The position numbers were made by a program, and so were the translations under genes. A DNA stretch of 64,000 bases from Octopus sinensis. Its lineage: Eukaryota. This document shows positions 10,975 to 24,288 of the stretch, piece after piece. The stretch covers positions 161,076,001-161,140,000 of the forward strand of contig NC_042997.1 in NCBI RefSeq assembly GCF_006345805.1, read 5' to 3'. Under the pieces are notes generated by a model. The model was not told where the DNA came from, searched no databases, and saw nothing but the letters and a program-made list of their open reading frames with translations. Within the stretch, counting starts at the first letter, position 1; every line of letters starts with the position of its first letter.

Positions 10975-13623
10975 GCACAACAGCTTCCACAAGGACATGT
11001 GTTACATCAAAAATTCTTGGTTGGGGATGCAAATCCTCCCATTCGCGTACGACATAATGCGGCAGCAGCATAGAATTAAAGCGTCCATCTCTTTCTTCTC
11101 TCAATGTAGAATGAGGAAAAATGGATGTTGAAGTAATGTAAATAAATAAATACATGTATATACGTGAAGATGGAGGGGCGAGAATTCAGGACGAGGGATA
11201 AAAAATGTATAAAAAGTGTAAGTATATAAAAATATAAAAATGTAGAGCATAAAGATATAAAGAGATATAAGGAGATGTAAAGGGGGTATAAAGAATATAA
11301 AGAAATATAAAGAAATATAAATAAATGTAAAGGCATAAGGTTATAAAGTAAAAATAGAAATAGAAATAAAAATAAAAGTAAAAAAACATGATAAAAATGT
11401 AACAAAATATAAAAAAATATAAAGATAAGGGATGTATAGAGGTTAAGGACCAAGCATGGTGGTCAGGAGATTGATAAAATTTAGTTGTAGAATTGTCAGT
11501 AAATCAACAGTTTCGTCTGGGGACCTAATGCGTTGTAAATCAGAGCTGTTGAGCGTTTAATCTGGTTCCTTGAATTATTTGGACTTCTAGTACATACATA
11601 CCAACATGGATACATACACCCATATACACGCGTACATATACGCCTCCAAGCCTATAAGCATACACACGCACTCGCGTGTAAACATGCGTATAAACACACA
11701 CACACCCACACGCACGTGCGTACACATACATACACACAACAGAATATCCGCATGTATACACGGACACTATACGTGTACACACTCACATGTACATACGCGC
11801 GCCTATCCCCACATACACACACGCATATGCCCACGCTTCCAGGTCTAGATATAAGATATTAAAGGATGTATATAAGAGCGTATGTAAGGAATCACGTCTA
11901 TGCGTGCACGCACACACGGCTGTGTGTACGTATGTGCGTGCACACATACACCTACACACACACACACAGACATATGGGTATAGCTATAAGATATCAAAAT
12001 ATGCATGTACATATATGCGCGCGTCTATGTATGTATGCGTATACATACGTACACGGACGCTCGTATAGTCAAAAGTGGATCTATAGGTAAGTAAATAAAC
12101 ATATATAGAGATGTAAAGCGATAAGTTAGGGGTAAGAATAAGGGTAAGGGTAAAAATTAGAAATAAACGTAAGAAATACAGTATAAAATAAGAAATACAA
12201 TGTAATAGTTAGAAATGAAATATAAAAATTATAAAAATTATAAGAGTTAAGGTAAGGGATGAAAATGAAAATGAGAATAAATGGAAGTAGAATAAGAGTA
12301 AAAATTAAAATAAAATAAAATAAGATAAAAATATAATTTAACATGAGATGAAGGTGGTTGAAAGTTAGAGGTGTGTGTTAAGAAAGTTAGAGGTGTGTGT
12401 TAAAAGTGCCCACGTAGGGGCGGGCGGGGGGAACTGAAAATTGGAAGGGTGGGAAGTGGAGTTTGGCGGTGTGCGTTCAACATCCGAGTTAGAAATGTGA
12501 AAGGGTATAGATATAGGGAAGTAAAGAGACTATATAGGAAGGATATGGGTGTATGTATACGCATACATACATAGACGCGCGCATATATGTACATGCATAT
12601 TTTGATATCTTATAGCTATACCCATATGTCTGTGTGTGTGTGTGTAGGTGTATGTGTGCACGCACATACGTACACACAGCCGTGTGTGCGTGCACGCATA
12701 GACGTGATTCCTTACATACGCTCTTATATACATCCTTTAATATCTTATATCTAGACCTGGAAGCGTGGGCATATGCGTGTGTGTATGTGGGGATAGGCGC
12801 GCGTATGTACATGTGAGTGTGTACACGTATAGTGTCCGTGTATACATGCGGATATTCTGTTGTATGTATGCATGTGTACGCACGTGCGTGTGGGTGTGTG
12901 TGTGTTTATATGCATGTTTACACGCGAGTGCGTGTGTATGCTTATAGGCTTGGAGGCGTATATATACGCGTGTATATGGGTGTATGTATCCATGTTGGTA
13001 TGTATGTACTAGAAGTCCAAATAATTCAAGGAACCAGATTAAACGCTCAACAGCTCTGATTTACAACGCATTAGGTCCCCAGACGAAACTGTTTTTACTG
13101 ACAATTCTACAACTAAATTTTATCAATCTCCTGACCACCATGCTTGGTCCTTAACCTCTATACATCCCTTATCTTTATATTTTTTTATATTTTGTTACAT
13201 TTTTATCATGTTTTTTTACTTTTATTTTTATTTCTATTTCTATTTTTACTTTATAACCTTATGCCTTTACATTTATTTATATTTCTTTATATTTCTTTAT
13301 ATTCTTTATACCCCCTTTACATCTCCTTATATCTCTTTATATCTTTATGCTCTACATTTTTATATTTTTCTATACTTACACTTTTTATACATTTTTTATC
13401 CCTCGTCCTGAATTCTCGCCCCTCCATCTTCACGTATATACATGTATTTATTTATTTACATTACTTCAACATCCATTTTTCCTCATCCTACATTGAGAGA
13501 AGAAAGAGATGGACGCTTCAATTCTATGCTGCTGCCGCATTATGTTCGTACGCGAATGGGAGGATTTGCATCCCCAACCAAGAATTTTTGATGTAACACA
13601 TGTCCTTGTGGAAGCTGTTGTGC

Positions 13624-13701
13624 GCGGCTGAAGAAGGCCACAGACATACATTATGCATTGTTATAAATCTGTCTAATAAAGGCCCGAAACATATGTACCG
13701 C
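13624..13701 (+). ncRNA. Type I hammerhead ribozyme (CUGAAGA, GUA)
   Basis: gcgg CTGAAGA a ggcc acaga...tctgt...ggcc c GAAA CA TA TG TA ccgc: 4-bp stem I, palindromic stem III CATATG; predicted cleavage after A13697. Confidence 0.75.
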
Positions 13702-13740
13702 TGAATCCTTCGCATCATGTTTTTATTTTTATTTTGATTA

Positions 13741-13783
<43 letters not shown>

Positions 13784-14239
13784 TATATACTAAACAGACA
13801 CATACGCGTTTGTGCAGGTGTTTGGGGTGTGTGAGTGTATCTGTGGGGGGGGGGAAGCACCTGGCTACATTGCCCATTCTATCTCTAAGAATATCCGGTA
13901 ATCACGTACGCGATGAAATTAATTCATATCTTTTCAATTAATTCTTATTAAGGCCATCTCAGTGGCGCACTGATATTTCTAAAAATCATTGTTTTCATCT
14001 GTCTTGACAAGAAATGAAAATGTCGTCGATAATACTAATATTCTTTTATGAAAGACTTGGATTTGATAACTTTTCAAGTGTGATTATGTGAATAACCGAC
14101 TTTTATTCTTGATTGAGAGAAAATCCTGTCTGATAGAAGAGATTTGTAATAATATAATTTTAATCTGTCATAGCTTTCATTATCTCATAATAATCCTCAG
14201 CATAATACGAGTCATTTACTACGATTACTAGTAACTTTT

Positions 14240-14559
14240 GAAAGAGAATGAGCAACAGATTTTACTTTCTCTGTGGGGCTCATACGCTCGTCTCCATACA
14301 CTTCCTGCAACATTGCATAGGCCTCTTAGCACGTATCGGCACGACAACTTTCTCTGTCATAGTCACTGCGTCGATCATACGCTACACACAATTCATTCCA
14401 AGCACTGCTGTAAATAGCGGAAGTGAGCTACAACGTTAAATCTCTGTGCGCATGCACAGCAGGGTTCAAGGTTAATCTGTTCCAAGTGGCTTCACTATTC
14501 GCGAATTAGCTTTGTTACTATGGCAACGGTCTGGATAATTGTTGATCAGACCTCGCATA
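14240..14559 (-). mobile_element. mariner 5' fragment with TIR
   Basis: Minus strand starts TA+tgcgaggtctgatcaacaattatccagac; later encodes MTEKV...EAYAMLQEVYGDERMS (HTH region, frameshifted). Confidence 0.7.
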
Positions 14560-14567
14560 TACAAAGA

Positions 14568-14627
<60 letters not shown>

Positions 14628-14924
14628 TGTGTGTGTGAATGTATATATATACTTATATCTATTGGCTAAACTGGCAATATGACCATTCCGAAATATAACA
14701 ATATCTATATATCTATCTCTCTCTATATATATTACATATATCTGAAATTTATAGAAAAACGAAAAAGCAAAAGATGAAGACAGGTGTATGGACAACTATC
14801 TAGTGTATTGGTTTATATATATACATATATGTCTATATATATATATATATATAAATGCATATACGTATATATATACATATATACATACATATATGGATAT
14901 ATATATGTACACATATATGCATAG

Positions 14925-14956
<32 letters not shown>

Positions 14957-14985
14957 GTATACATATGTATATATGTATGCATATA

Positions 14986-15045
<60 letters not shown>

Positions 15046-16789
15046 GAGGGAGATAAATTAATATTAATTTAAAACCAGTAGTCTAGCATACAAAAATCTG
15101 AAAAATCAGAGAAAATTCTAATACATGTGTATATTGACAGGGCAAACCGCTAGGTAGTCGGCCGCATGCTAGAAATAGATCATCAACGATCAAACTACAA
15201 AGAATGTTCTCTAGAGGAAAATTCAGCGAACACCAGAAACAAATTAGGCGGGCAAGACAGATGAAAATTTATATAAAAAACAGAATTAATCGTATACCTC
15301 GGTTTCAACTATGAACAAAAGAAATACTTACATAATTCAAATGTCCGTAGTTTCGTCAGTACGATCGTATTTTCAGGAATAGTGTATTTAACTTTTATGG
15401 CATCATAATTTTCATACCCTGTGTAATTAGAAAGCGTCTCACTGTGCCTTTTGCTTCCAGGTACTAAAATCAGAAACGACGTTGATGGCAATTTTGTCGT
15501 TATAGCAAATCCACTTGTATCTATTTTGTGTTTTATAGTATTTTTATAGTTTTTTGTCTATTTTATTCTGATATAATTTTATATAATATTATTTCCTTGC
15601 ATGAAGAATAATTTGTTTCATTCAAACTCTGTGACATTTTTCAGATATTCTCAATAAATCTTATCTTATTCATGCTAAACGTAATTAATCCTCACTTAAA
15701 AGTGGATGCTGTATTAGAACACAGAATACTGCGTTATTTACCATGCAATAACCTTTCATATAGACTTGTGGTGCATATAAGCACTCATATTTATATCTCT
15801 AGTGGGAGATGATCACCCGCTATCACCGTCGAGTCTGTTAATTCAAGCTATCTCCACCCTTGTTGGCCTTGTCAATGATAGTCGTCCTTAGCTAGAGATA
15901 GCAGCAAATTTCCGTTTGCGATACACATAGTATTTCAGTGTCTATTCAGGCAGTGATGTCAAAAGCATCCACTTATCTTATATGGAGATAAATACTATCT
16001 TTCGTTTTTAATGCTGATTCTATTAGTATTTAATTATTTTTAATAAGCTCCACTGGCTATTTACAACACTAATGCCTGAATAGACACTGAGATTCTATGT
16101 ATATCACTGATGGGGGAATCACTACTATCTCTAGCCACGGGTATCTGCTATTGGTAAAGCCAAGGAACAGAAGTTATAGGAGCTGGTAGTCCCGGCGGCG
16201 ATAGTGGACGATTATCTCCTGCCAGCGATATAAATACGACTGTTTGTATCCACTGCAAGTCCTTATGAGAGGTTCTCTCTTAGTAATTAACACAGTATTC
16301 TGTGTTCTAAAATAACACCCACTTTTAAGTAGGAATAAATATCTTAACCACGTTGTTTGAGATGTAATTCTCAATCTTCTATAGTTGAGAAGTCTTTTCT
16401 TTTATATACAATTTAAGGATTTTACATCGATTATTTTGAATATATATTTTTTTTGTTATTCGTTTTGCATAACAATACACTGATTTCTGACTGAGGATCA
16501 AATGGAAAGATACTATTAGTCTTTGTTTTGTTTTCCTCTCTCTTTCGCAACTGCATGTTACATTCTTCTTTTTTTTTACCTTACCTTATTTTCTCTACAT
16601 TTTATTCCTACATTTCAGTAGCAGTATTTTAGCACGTTATTTATGCGCGATACATCTAGACACTATCTTCAGTTAAGTTGACAACTTTAATTATTTTTTC
16701 ATTCTGTTTTTGAGAGACACTTTTTTAAATGAATTCTCCTGTGAAGATTTCTTCTGTCAAATATATGTCATTGCTAATTTAATTAGCGG

Positions 16790-16990
16790 TGATGTCATCT
16801 TAGGATTTGGTGGCAACAAGTCTCCTCAAATCTCTACAATTTATTTTGGAATTCTTACAGAATACAGGATGGCAGTTTTCTGCAGGTTGACAATACGTAT
16901 TTCCATTCCAATCTCCTTCAATCTCTTAGATATTTGTTTGAATGTAGTTCTGAGATCAACAATTGCCACAAGAACAATTTTCAACTTCTT
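16790..16990 (-). mobile_element. 3' end fragment of an R4/Dong-type (RLE) LINE
   Basis: Minus strand encodes IVLVAIVDLRTTFKQISKRLKEIGMEIRIVNLQKTAILYSVRI, a typical C-terminus after the RLE domain; paralogous to 17250-17440. Confidence 0.6.
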
Positions 16991-17029
16991 TACTACCACC
17001 ACCATCACCACCACCACCACCATTATTAT

Positions 17030-17100
<71 letters not shown>

Positions 17101-17175
17101 TTGTTGTTGCTGCTGATGATGATGATGCTCTACTACTACTACTACTATACTACTACTACTACCACCACCACTACC

Positions 17176-17240
<65 letters not shown>
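16990..17240. repeat. Compound trinucleotide microsatellite (CAC/TAC/TGC/TGT/TGA)
   Basis: Directly visible; source of several spurious ORFs. Confidence 0.95.
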
Positions 17241-17249
17241 AAAGCTAGC

Positions 17250-17700
17250 ACTTGCTAATTTAAATGTTATCTTGAGGTGTAGTGACAAAAAATCTCAAAT
17301 TTCAAGAATATTCCTCAGGATTCTTTCAGAATACTGAATGGTATTTTATGCAGTTCGGCAACGTGAGTCTCAATTCCAATATCTTTTAGTCTTTTAGTTA
17401 TCATTCTGGGAGTTGTGCGAAATGCATCAGTTACTATAGAAATACTTATTGTCTTATGCTTCCACAGTCTCCACAGCTCTTTGCCTTGATGCTGATATTT
17501 CTCAACTTTTCAATTTCTTTGGTATCGAATCTGCTAAAATAGGGAATTGCAAAGTCTATCATCTTACACTGATTATTTATAATCATTTCTAGTATTATTT
17601 CTTCTATAACATGGTCAGGCTTTGTGTGAAAGCCCCATAAGATTCTGTGATTCTCAATCTCAGTCACAATTTCTAGTTCGTATTCTGTTATTTCGAAATC
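17250..17700 (-). mobile_element. R4/Dong-type LINE RLE domain remnant
   Basis: ENHRILWGFHTKPDHVIE...CKMIDFAIPxxxRFDTKEIEK resembles ENxxKILWDFxIQTDHxI...IDxAxP...KExEK; followed by KRLKDIGIETHVAELHK. Confidence 0.7.
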
Positions 17701-17718
17701 AAACGGTCAGATAACATC

Positions 17719-18119
17719 CAAAGGTGGGCACCGTTAATCGCAAAGTTAACTTCGCTACCGTTAATCTGTTAACCAAAAGGTTAACTTCGATAACCGTTAA
17801 TGAGTCAATATTTCGTAATGTAACGGAAGCTATCGATAGACCGTTAATGTTAATTTTTATTATAGAAAAAAAATCAGTTTTTGCTCTTAAACCACCTAAC
17901 AATACTTTTAAAAAGTCCCAAAACTATAAAATCTGTTAACTTCAATTCTATTGAAGTTAATAGAAGTTAACTCAAGTTGACTCGAGTTAACGGATGTTAA
18001 ATGTAACGTAAGTTGATAAGTCCGATAATGATTTCCTATGTTAACAGTTAAATCGTTAAGGAAAATGTTAACTTCGTTAATTAACGATTAACGGATAAAC
18101 GGTTTAGAGCCCAGGTTTG
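17719..18119. mobile_element. hAT-type MITE rich in GTTAAC subterminal repeats
   Basis: Termini caaaggtgggc / gcccaggtttg; 8-bp TSD ataacatc (17711-18) / ttaacatc (18120-27). Confidence 0.75.
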
Positions 18120-19040
18120 TTAACATCCCAATGCAATCTTTGACCTCCAATCATGCCTGTGCTTATAGTCTTTTATTTATTTATTTATTCATTTATTTAC
18201 TGTTAGCTTACTACATTCGCTCAAGATATGATTGAGATTTTCGCCTACTTTCTGCAGATTCTACATTTGTTGTCTGACTTTGTTTTGTCGATCTTTGCCT
18301 TCATCAGATTTGTCCTGAGTGGCCATAATTAGCGTTTCGGTCACTTGCTTCAGGTTTCCGCCGGTCAGCCAAAGCCAACGTTTTTTACTTCCAGCATTCT
18401 CGGTTGTGGTTCAATTCATCGCAGCAAACGAATGAAGCATCCTTTAATTATAGCACACTGGTTGTTTATCAAGTTAATCCATATCTATTACAACCATATC
18501 TATTACAATTTTCCCATCTATAAATTTTGAAATTTTAGTTTTGGCACTTCTTTCTAGCAAGTCGAGCGAATACGCATGCTACCAGGTTAAGTTTACTTTA
18601 ATCTCTTAATTACACTATGGTGTAATGCTTAGAAGTTTATGTCGGCATAATTTATAAGTTGGATTTGATCGAAAAATTCACACACCTATATCTTAGATCT
18701 TGATTTTAGTACAATATAGATAAATCTCTTGCATTTACTATGGCTTTCCTCTTCGGCTGACTGAATGCAATGTCTGATAGAGAAAATAAACTTCTAATTC
18801 TAAATATATCATATGATAAAATTTCTTCTTAAACATTAACCAATTTTCTGTGAATCTTTATGAGTTCGTTAATTATATCGTTTAATCTGATAATATTATC
18901 AAAATAATGTTTATATTTCAAATTTACTTATCCTTGTTATTTTTCTTCCAGAATTTGCTTTGTCACTTCCCTTACTGTCTTACATTAGTTTCATTGCTGT
19001 ATTCCTCATCCTCCTTGAATAAGACAATTACTTTTTTCTT

Positions 19041-19680
19041 ACTGAATACTGCTGCCCACTGTGGTCTCCTCACACAAGACAAAACATCTCCAGAATTGAG
19101 TCACCCCAGAGGGCTCTCACTAAACAAATTGAAGGCATGGCTGCTCTCGACTATTGGGATCGCCTTAAAGCCTTGAAACTTTACTCCCTCCAGCGTCGCC
19201 GTGAGCGGTACATCATTTGTACGATGTGGAAAATATACCGCCAACTTTGCCCAAACGACCTAAACATTAGCTTCAAGGTTCATCCGAGACTTGGACCACG
19301 GGCTATACGTCCCCTGCCAAATTCAAGATCACAACATACATGTACACTGCAACATAATTTCTTTTCCTCAACAGGCCCTGCCCTATTTAACATTGTCCCG
19401 AGGGAGATCAAAGAGGAAAAGGATCCCATCAACTTCAAACAGAGTCTGGATAGATTCCTTCAAAGAATACCAGACAAGCCACCCATAATTGGATACAACT
19501 CACCCAACAAGAACTCACTACTTGAACAAAACTGGATACAACTCACCCAACAAGAACTCACTACTTGAACAAAACTTGACTTAAACAGGATTCGAATAAT
19601 CCTATCAGGTGGTGCTATTAAGTTAGACATGGCCTGGACCAATCTCTGGTCGAAACATATCTAAGTTTTATCTAAGTTTT
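19041..19680 (+). mobile_element. 5'-truncated L2/CR1-superfamily LINE (Crack/Daphne-like)
   Basis: EYCCPLWSP...YWDRLKALKLYSLQRRRERYII..WKI...WIDS/FKQSLDRFL; 3' hairpin and (atctaagttt)n tail. Confidence 0.85.
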
Positions 19681-20634
19681 ATATATATATAGTAATCTGT
19701 TATTATGCTTTATAATATATTTACACTAACCAATTGTTTGTGTCTTAAGGGCATATTCGCTTTGTAATAGTTATGTTCTGTTATTTTGTTTTTCCTATGG
19801 TAAACGCAACGAGTCAGTATCTGCCTTTGAGCGATGTATTCAAAAGTTTTTATTAATTTCCTGTGATTTTTCTTTGTCTCTTTCTAGCACATTCAACTTA
19901 GAATTTATGGAACTATACAGAGAAGTTTCCAATTTCGCATAATCTTGTATGTCTTTGGAAGAAAAAGATCTGATGTTTCAGGTCTTACCTTCATTTGAGA
20001 GAGGGGCAAAGGGAGGGAGACCAAGACAATCAGACAGACAGAGGGAGAGAGAGAGAGAGAAAGAAAAAGAGAGAAAGAGAAAGAAAAGACAGACAGAGAG
20101 AGAGTCAGAGGGAGAAAGTTCCACCTGAAAAAATTTAATTTAAAATCATTTTTCCCTCTCAGGTAAAAGGACTCACGAAACATTAGATTTCTTTTCTCCC
20201 TAAAATATTCAAACATTAAAACTCGAGAAATCCACTATATAATTTTAGCCGATACAAACCTCTGTAGTTTGCTAATAGATTTATTTTAGCATTCCGATTT
20301 AGACATTCTACTAACGCTTATTGATTTCATGTTAAGATCTGGTTTCCCTTTGAGTATCAGTCTGTTGTGTCAGCAGTTTTGTTTGATTTCTTTCTTTTAT
20401 TCTACAATAAATATTCACTTTCTTATTTATTTAGATATGTAGTTTAAATACACTGCTATTATAATTATATAGATTTAGATATGTAGATACTCTGTTATTA
20501 TAATCCCTATATTATATGTCTTTATAAGCTCCTTAGATATCCTTTAAACACATTTATTTCCGGTTACATACAAATATTCTTCCTATAATCCTGTACATTC
20601 TTAACTTGTTCATCCTAATATTTATTATAGTTGA

Positions 20635-20850
20635 TACAGTGAGCTGATTGAATCGTTATCGCGCCTGAGAAAATACGTAACGGCAGTTCGTCCGTCTTTA
20701 CGTTCTGCCTTCAAATTCTGCCGAAGTCGACTTTGCCTTTCAACCTTTCGGAGTCGATAAAGTAGCAGTTGAGCACTGGGGTAGATGTAACCGACTTACC
20801 TCCACTCCCTGACATGCTGGCCTAGTGCCAAAATTTGAAACCGATCTTTA
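20635..20850 (+). mobile_element. tRNA-derived SINE (gaggtcgactttgcctttca family)
   Basis: Matches 42856-43085: ttcaaattctgccgaagtcgactttgcctttcaacctttcggagtcgataa. Confidence 0.7.
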
Positions 20851-20879
20851 TCATAGTCATGAATGTATGACAAATAACG

Positions 20880-21055
20880 CATAAGAATTATTCTTTCTAC
20901 ACAGGTAAGAGGACTAAAATTTGTAGGGAAGGGACGGTTGATTGTATCCATTGCCAAGCTCAAGTGGCACTTATTTCATCCATTTCAAAAGGATGAAATG
21001 TAAGGTCGACCTCTGCGGAATTTGAACTCAGAATGTAAAGACAGACAAAATGCCG
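20880..21055 (-). mobile_element. SINE fragment, same family, opposite strand
   Basis: aaggtcgacctctgcggaatttgaactcagaatgtaaagacagac is the reverse complement of the family head. Confidence 0.6.
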
Positions 21056-22189
21056 CAGCGTTTCTTATTGTTGATGCTGTTTACAATTTAGAGTGCTTTG
21101 ATTGGGCAAACTTATGATCAAATTCATTCCACCTATGGTGATCCTGTCTTTTTCTTTATCTTTATTGCATTATCCAATGTTGATTTCTAAAAGACAATAG
21201 AGCGTGATGCAAATAAAATTTGACTGTTATTCTTTGCAGTACGATCGATCTCATAGAGGTATTCTCTTTTTAGTTTGCACGCCAGAACTCTTAGTGAACA
21301 GCAATGAGTAATGGTCCAAGCGTATTTCGTTGAAATATATCTGAGTTTTACAATTATTTGAACACAGAACGAGACTAGATACTCAAAAATATTTCTCAGA
21401 ATGGGAAGAATGCTCTTCCATTCTTTTCACTTTATCGACATTTTCTTTTCAATAAATGTGAATTCTTATGCAGGTTCCATTCTTCAAAGGCTTGAATATA
21501 GAGATAGCTATTAGAAGCAACAAGGGAACATGGCAGTTGCTATTTTTATAGACTGTACGGTGATAAATGACAACGCTTGTTCTGTAAAAATTTTAAACAC
21601 ATAATGTAGAGTGTAATTAAAATTAATGATCACCGAAAAACGTTTAGTAAGACAATTAATAGTTTGAGCTGCTTAACCGTCATTTTTTAGTCTCTTTGAA
21701 GGAATTCAAATTCATTATCAAATATATTTATTATTCAATGTGATCATAATTACAAATGTTATCATAATAAACATGATTCAACAATTTGCTGAACATTTGG
21801 AAAATTTTCAAATTAATATCTGGCATGAAGCTAATTGAAAATGTCATCTCTGATAATCATACAAAAATTTTAGTTTACTCTCATTATCGTTATTAATATA
21901 TTCACGTGACAGTGCATCATATTCAATTTACCAATGATATTTTTAAATGTTTGTAAACTTTATTGTATGAATATTGACGTTCTCAAAATCGTGAATTTTA
22001 TGCGGTTATTTCAATATTAAATGAATGTTATATATTTTAGATGTTTAATTAAGTGAAAGTTTAATAAACAATTAATCATGCGATAAAATTAAAATATATT
22101 GAGGATTTTATTTTCATTATTTATCCGAAAATATTCCCTATTTGCCAGCAATATTTATCTTAATATGAAATATTTTACCGTTTTAAACA

Positions 22190-22326
22190 TATGCAGCACG
22201 GAATTTTGTCAGTGAACAGGTCTCAAAGCGATGAAAATATTTTGGCAAATTAAATTTAAATGTTGAAGTGAAGCTAACGGTTTTTGTGTGTTTCTTAAAT
22301 GGCTTATAAACACCTTCCACGCTGCA
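22190..22326 (+). mobile_element. Second copy of the G3-C8 hammerhead pLTR family
   Basis: Homologous to 9430-9574; motif 22205-22249: tttgtca GTGAACA g gtctc aaa gcgat GAAA ATAT T T tggcaaa. Confidence 0.7.
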
Positions 22327-22429
22327 AACATATTTTAAAATGTGAAAAATAAAATGAACATACGCACACAGTCACACATACATACATACATACATACATA
22401 CATACATACATACATACATGCATACATAC

Positions 22430-22510
22430 ATACAAGGACCCTTGGATCTAGGGTAGAAACTGGTTCTTTGTCTACTGGCAAGAAATCTTGAAATAAACTG
22501 AATATTCTTT
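22430..22510. repeat. Short interspersed repeat next to (TACA)n (also about 43180-43290 and 52030-52125)
   Basis: Shared gcaagaaatcttgaaataaactgaat / ttcagttttatttcaagatttcttgc motif at three loci. Confidence 0.6.
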
Positions 22511-22981
22511 TTTTGGTTAAGGGAAGATTTATTGATATGTAAACGTGTGTCTGTGTGTGCGTCATGTATACAAAATAATAGATAGGCCATCACGAGAACA
22601 ACTTTTATGTGGGCGTGTAAACCTAGATGTATGCGTGGGTGTTAAAAAATATAAGTATGGCAATAAAGAAGATGACCGCGAAAGAGTCTATAGCCATCGA
22701 AGTGAGAAGTTCATAGACACAAGAATGAGAATACCAGTAGTCACTTGTACGTGGTAGTTGAAATACTGTTTCAAGAAATCGCGGCCATGATGCTGAGCAG
22801 CTTGTAGGTACATCTCGTACGTGAAGTCGTGGCTGTGTGGGTCACTTGATACAGGAGTTCTTGCTGTTGATCCATGGTGCAGTAATTCACGAACAGTGAA
22901 GTGTTGGGACATGGACTAGTTGCTGGTTGAGCTGTGTACGTAGAGAGATGATGTTGACGACATTAAAAAGATGAAGGTTAC

Positions 22982-23110
22982 CGTAATACTGTTGGACGAA
23001 ACTGGTAAATCTCCACCGTGGTGCAGGTGTTGTCATCTGCGTTGTCGCTGGAACTGGCTGTGCCATTTCTGGATTGTGGGTAGACCTTAAAAGGTCTGGA
23101 ACCGAAAGAC
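22982..23110 (-). CDS. Candidate exon of an unidentified host gene
   Basis: Acceptor tttattctctttatttattAG immediately before 23110 on the minus strand; non-repetitive, higher-GC sequence; possible donor G|GTAACC at 22982/22981 (129 nt, two open frames). No homology recognised. Confidence 0.3.
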
Positions 23111-23154
23111 CTAATAAATAAAGAGAATAAACTGAATAAACTGTACAAATAATA

Positions 23155-23211
<57 letters not shown>

Positions 23212-23229
23212 TGTGTGTGTGTGTGTGTG

Positions 23230-23261
<32 letters not shown>

Positions 23262-23289
23262 ACGTGTATATATATATATATATATATAT

Positions 23290-23517
23290 TTATCCACAGA
23301 TGATATTAACAGTAGTGACATCTTATTTCAATACAGTCTATGTTTAAGAAATGAGTAATTATGTACATTATTTACATTATTTACAATTCATGGATATTTG
23401 TCCTCATCTTGTTAACACAGCGTTTCGGCTGATACACCCTCCAGCCTTCATCAGGTGTCTTGGGGAACTTTCGAAACTGGGTTCTCATTCCTAAGGTATT
23501 TTTCGATGTTGTTGTTG

Positions 23518-23584
<67 letters not shown>

Positions 23585-23598
23585 CATCATCATCATCA

Positions 23599-23649
<51 letters not shown>

Positions 23650-23657
23650 TATTATTA

Positions 23658-23690
<33 letters not shown>

Positions 23691-23821
23691 TATTATTATT
23701 TTTATTCAGGTCACTGCCTGGAATAAAACTCGGAATCTTGGGGTTAGTATGCATATGTACAGATTTGTATGTTTTGTTTTATGTATCTATTTTCCTGCAT
23801 GTACTTTCATATCTATACTTG

Positions 23822-23860
<39 letters not shown>

Positions 23861-24108
23861 TATATATTATATATATATATTTATCCACAGATGATATTAA
23901 CAGTAGTGACATCTTATTTCAATACAGTCTATGTTTAAGAAATGAGTAATTATGTACATTATTTACATTATTTACAATTCATGGATATTTGTCCTCATCT
24001 TGTTAACACAGCGTTTCGGCTGATACACCCTCCAGCCTTCATCAGATGTCTTGGGGAACTTTCGAAACTAGGTTCTCATTCCTAAGGTATTCTTCGATGT
24101 TGTTGTTG

Positions 24109-24169
<61 letters not shown>

Positions 24170-24186
24170 CATCATCATCATCATCA

Positions 24187-24222
<36 letters not shown>

Positions 24223-24230
24223 TATTATTA

Positions 24231-24288
<58 letters not shown>

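Larger units (their letters stand above)
10853..13745. mobile_element. Non-coding Penelope-type 3'UTR/pLTR with 1.2-kb inverted repeat
   Basis: 10853-12048 is the reverse complement of 12551-13745 with scattered substitutions (the ORF track shows mirrored peptides); about 0.5-kb spacer; hammerhead near each outer end. Confidence 0.85.

Noticed and set aside
10880-11131. Plus-strand ORF superficially like a decayed GIY-YIG end
   Set aside because: No real GIY/YIG motif. The opposite strand carries a well-formed hammerhead, indicating a non-coding pLTR in the other sense.
13050-13105. gtc ccca gac GAAAC TGTT as a second hammerhead in the 1.2-kb arms
   Set aside because: The upstream core does not fit and stem I differs between the two arms.
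19630-19670. Hairpin + GAAAC at the LINE 3' end as a hammerhead
   Set aside because: No CUGANGA-like core or 3-8 pairable variant upstream, and no stem I.
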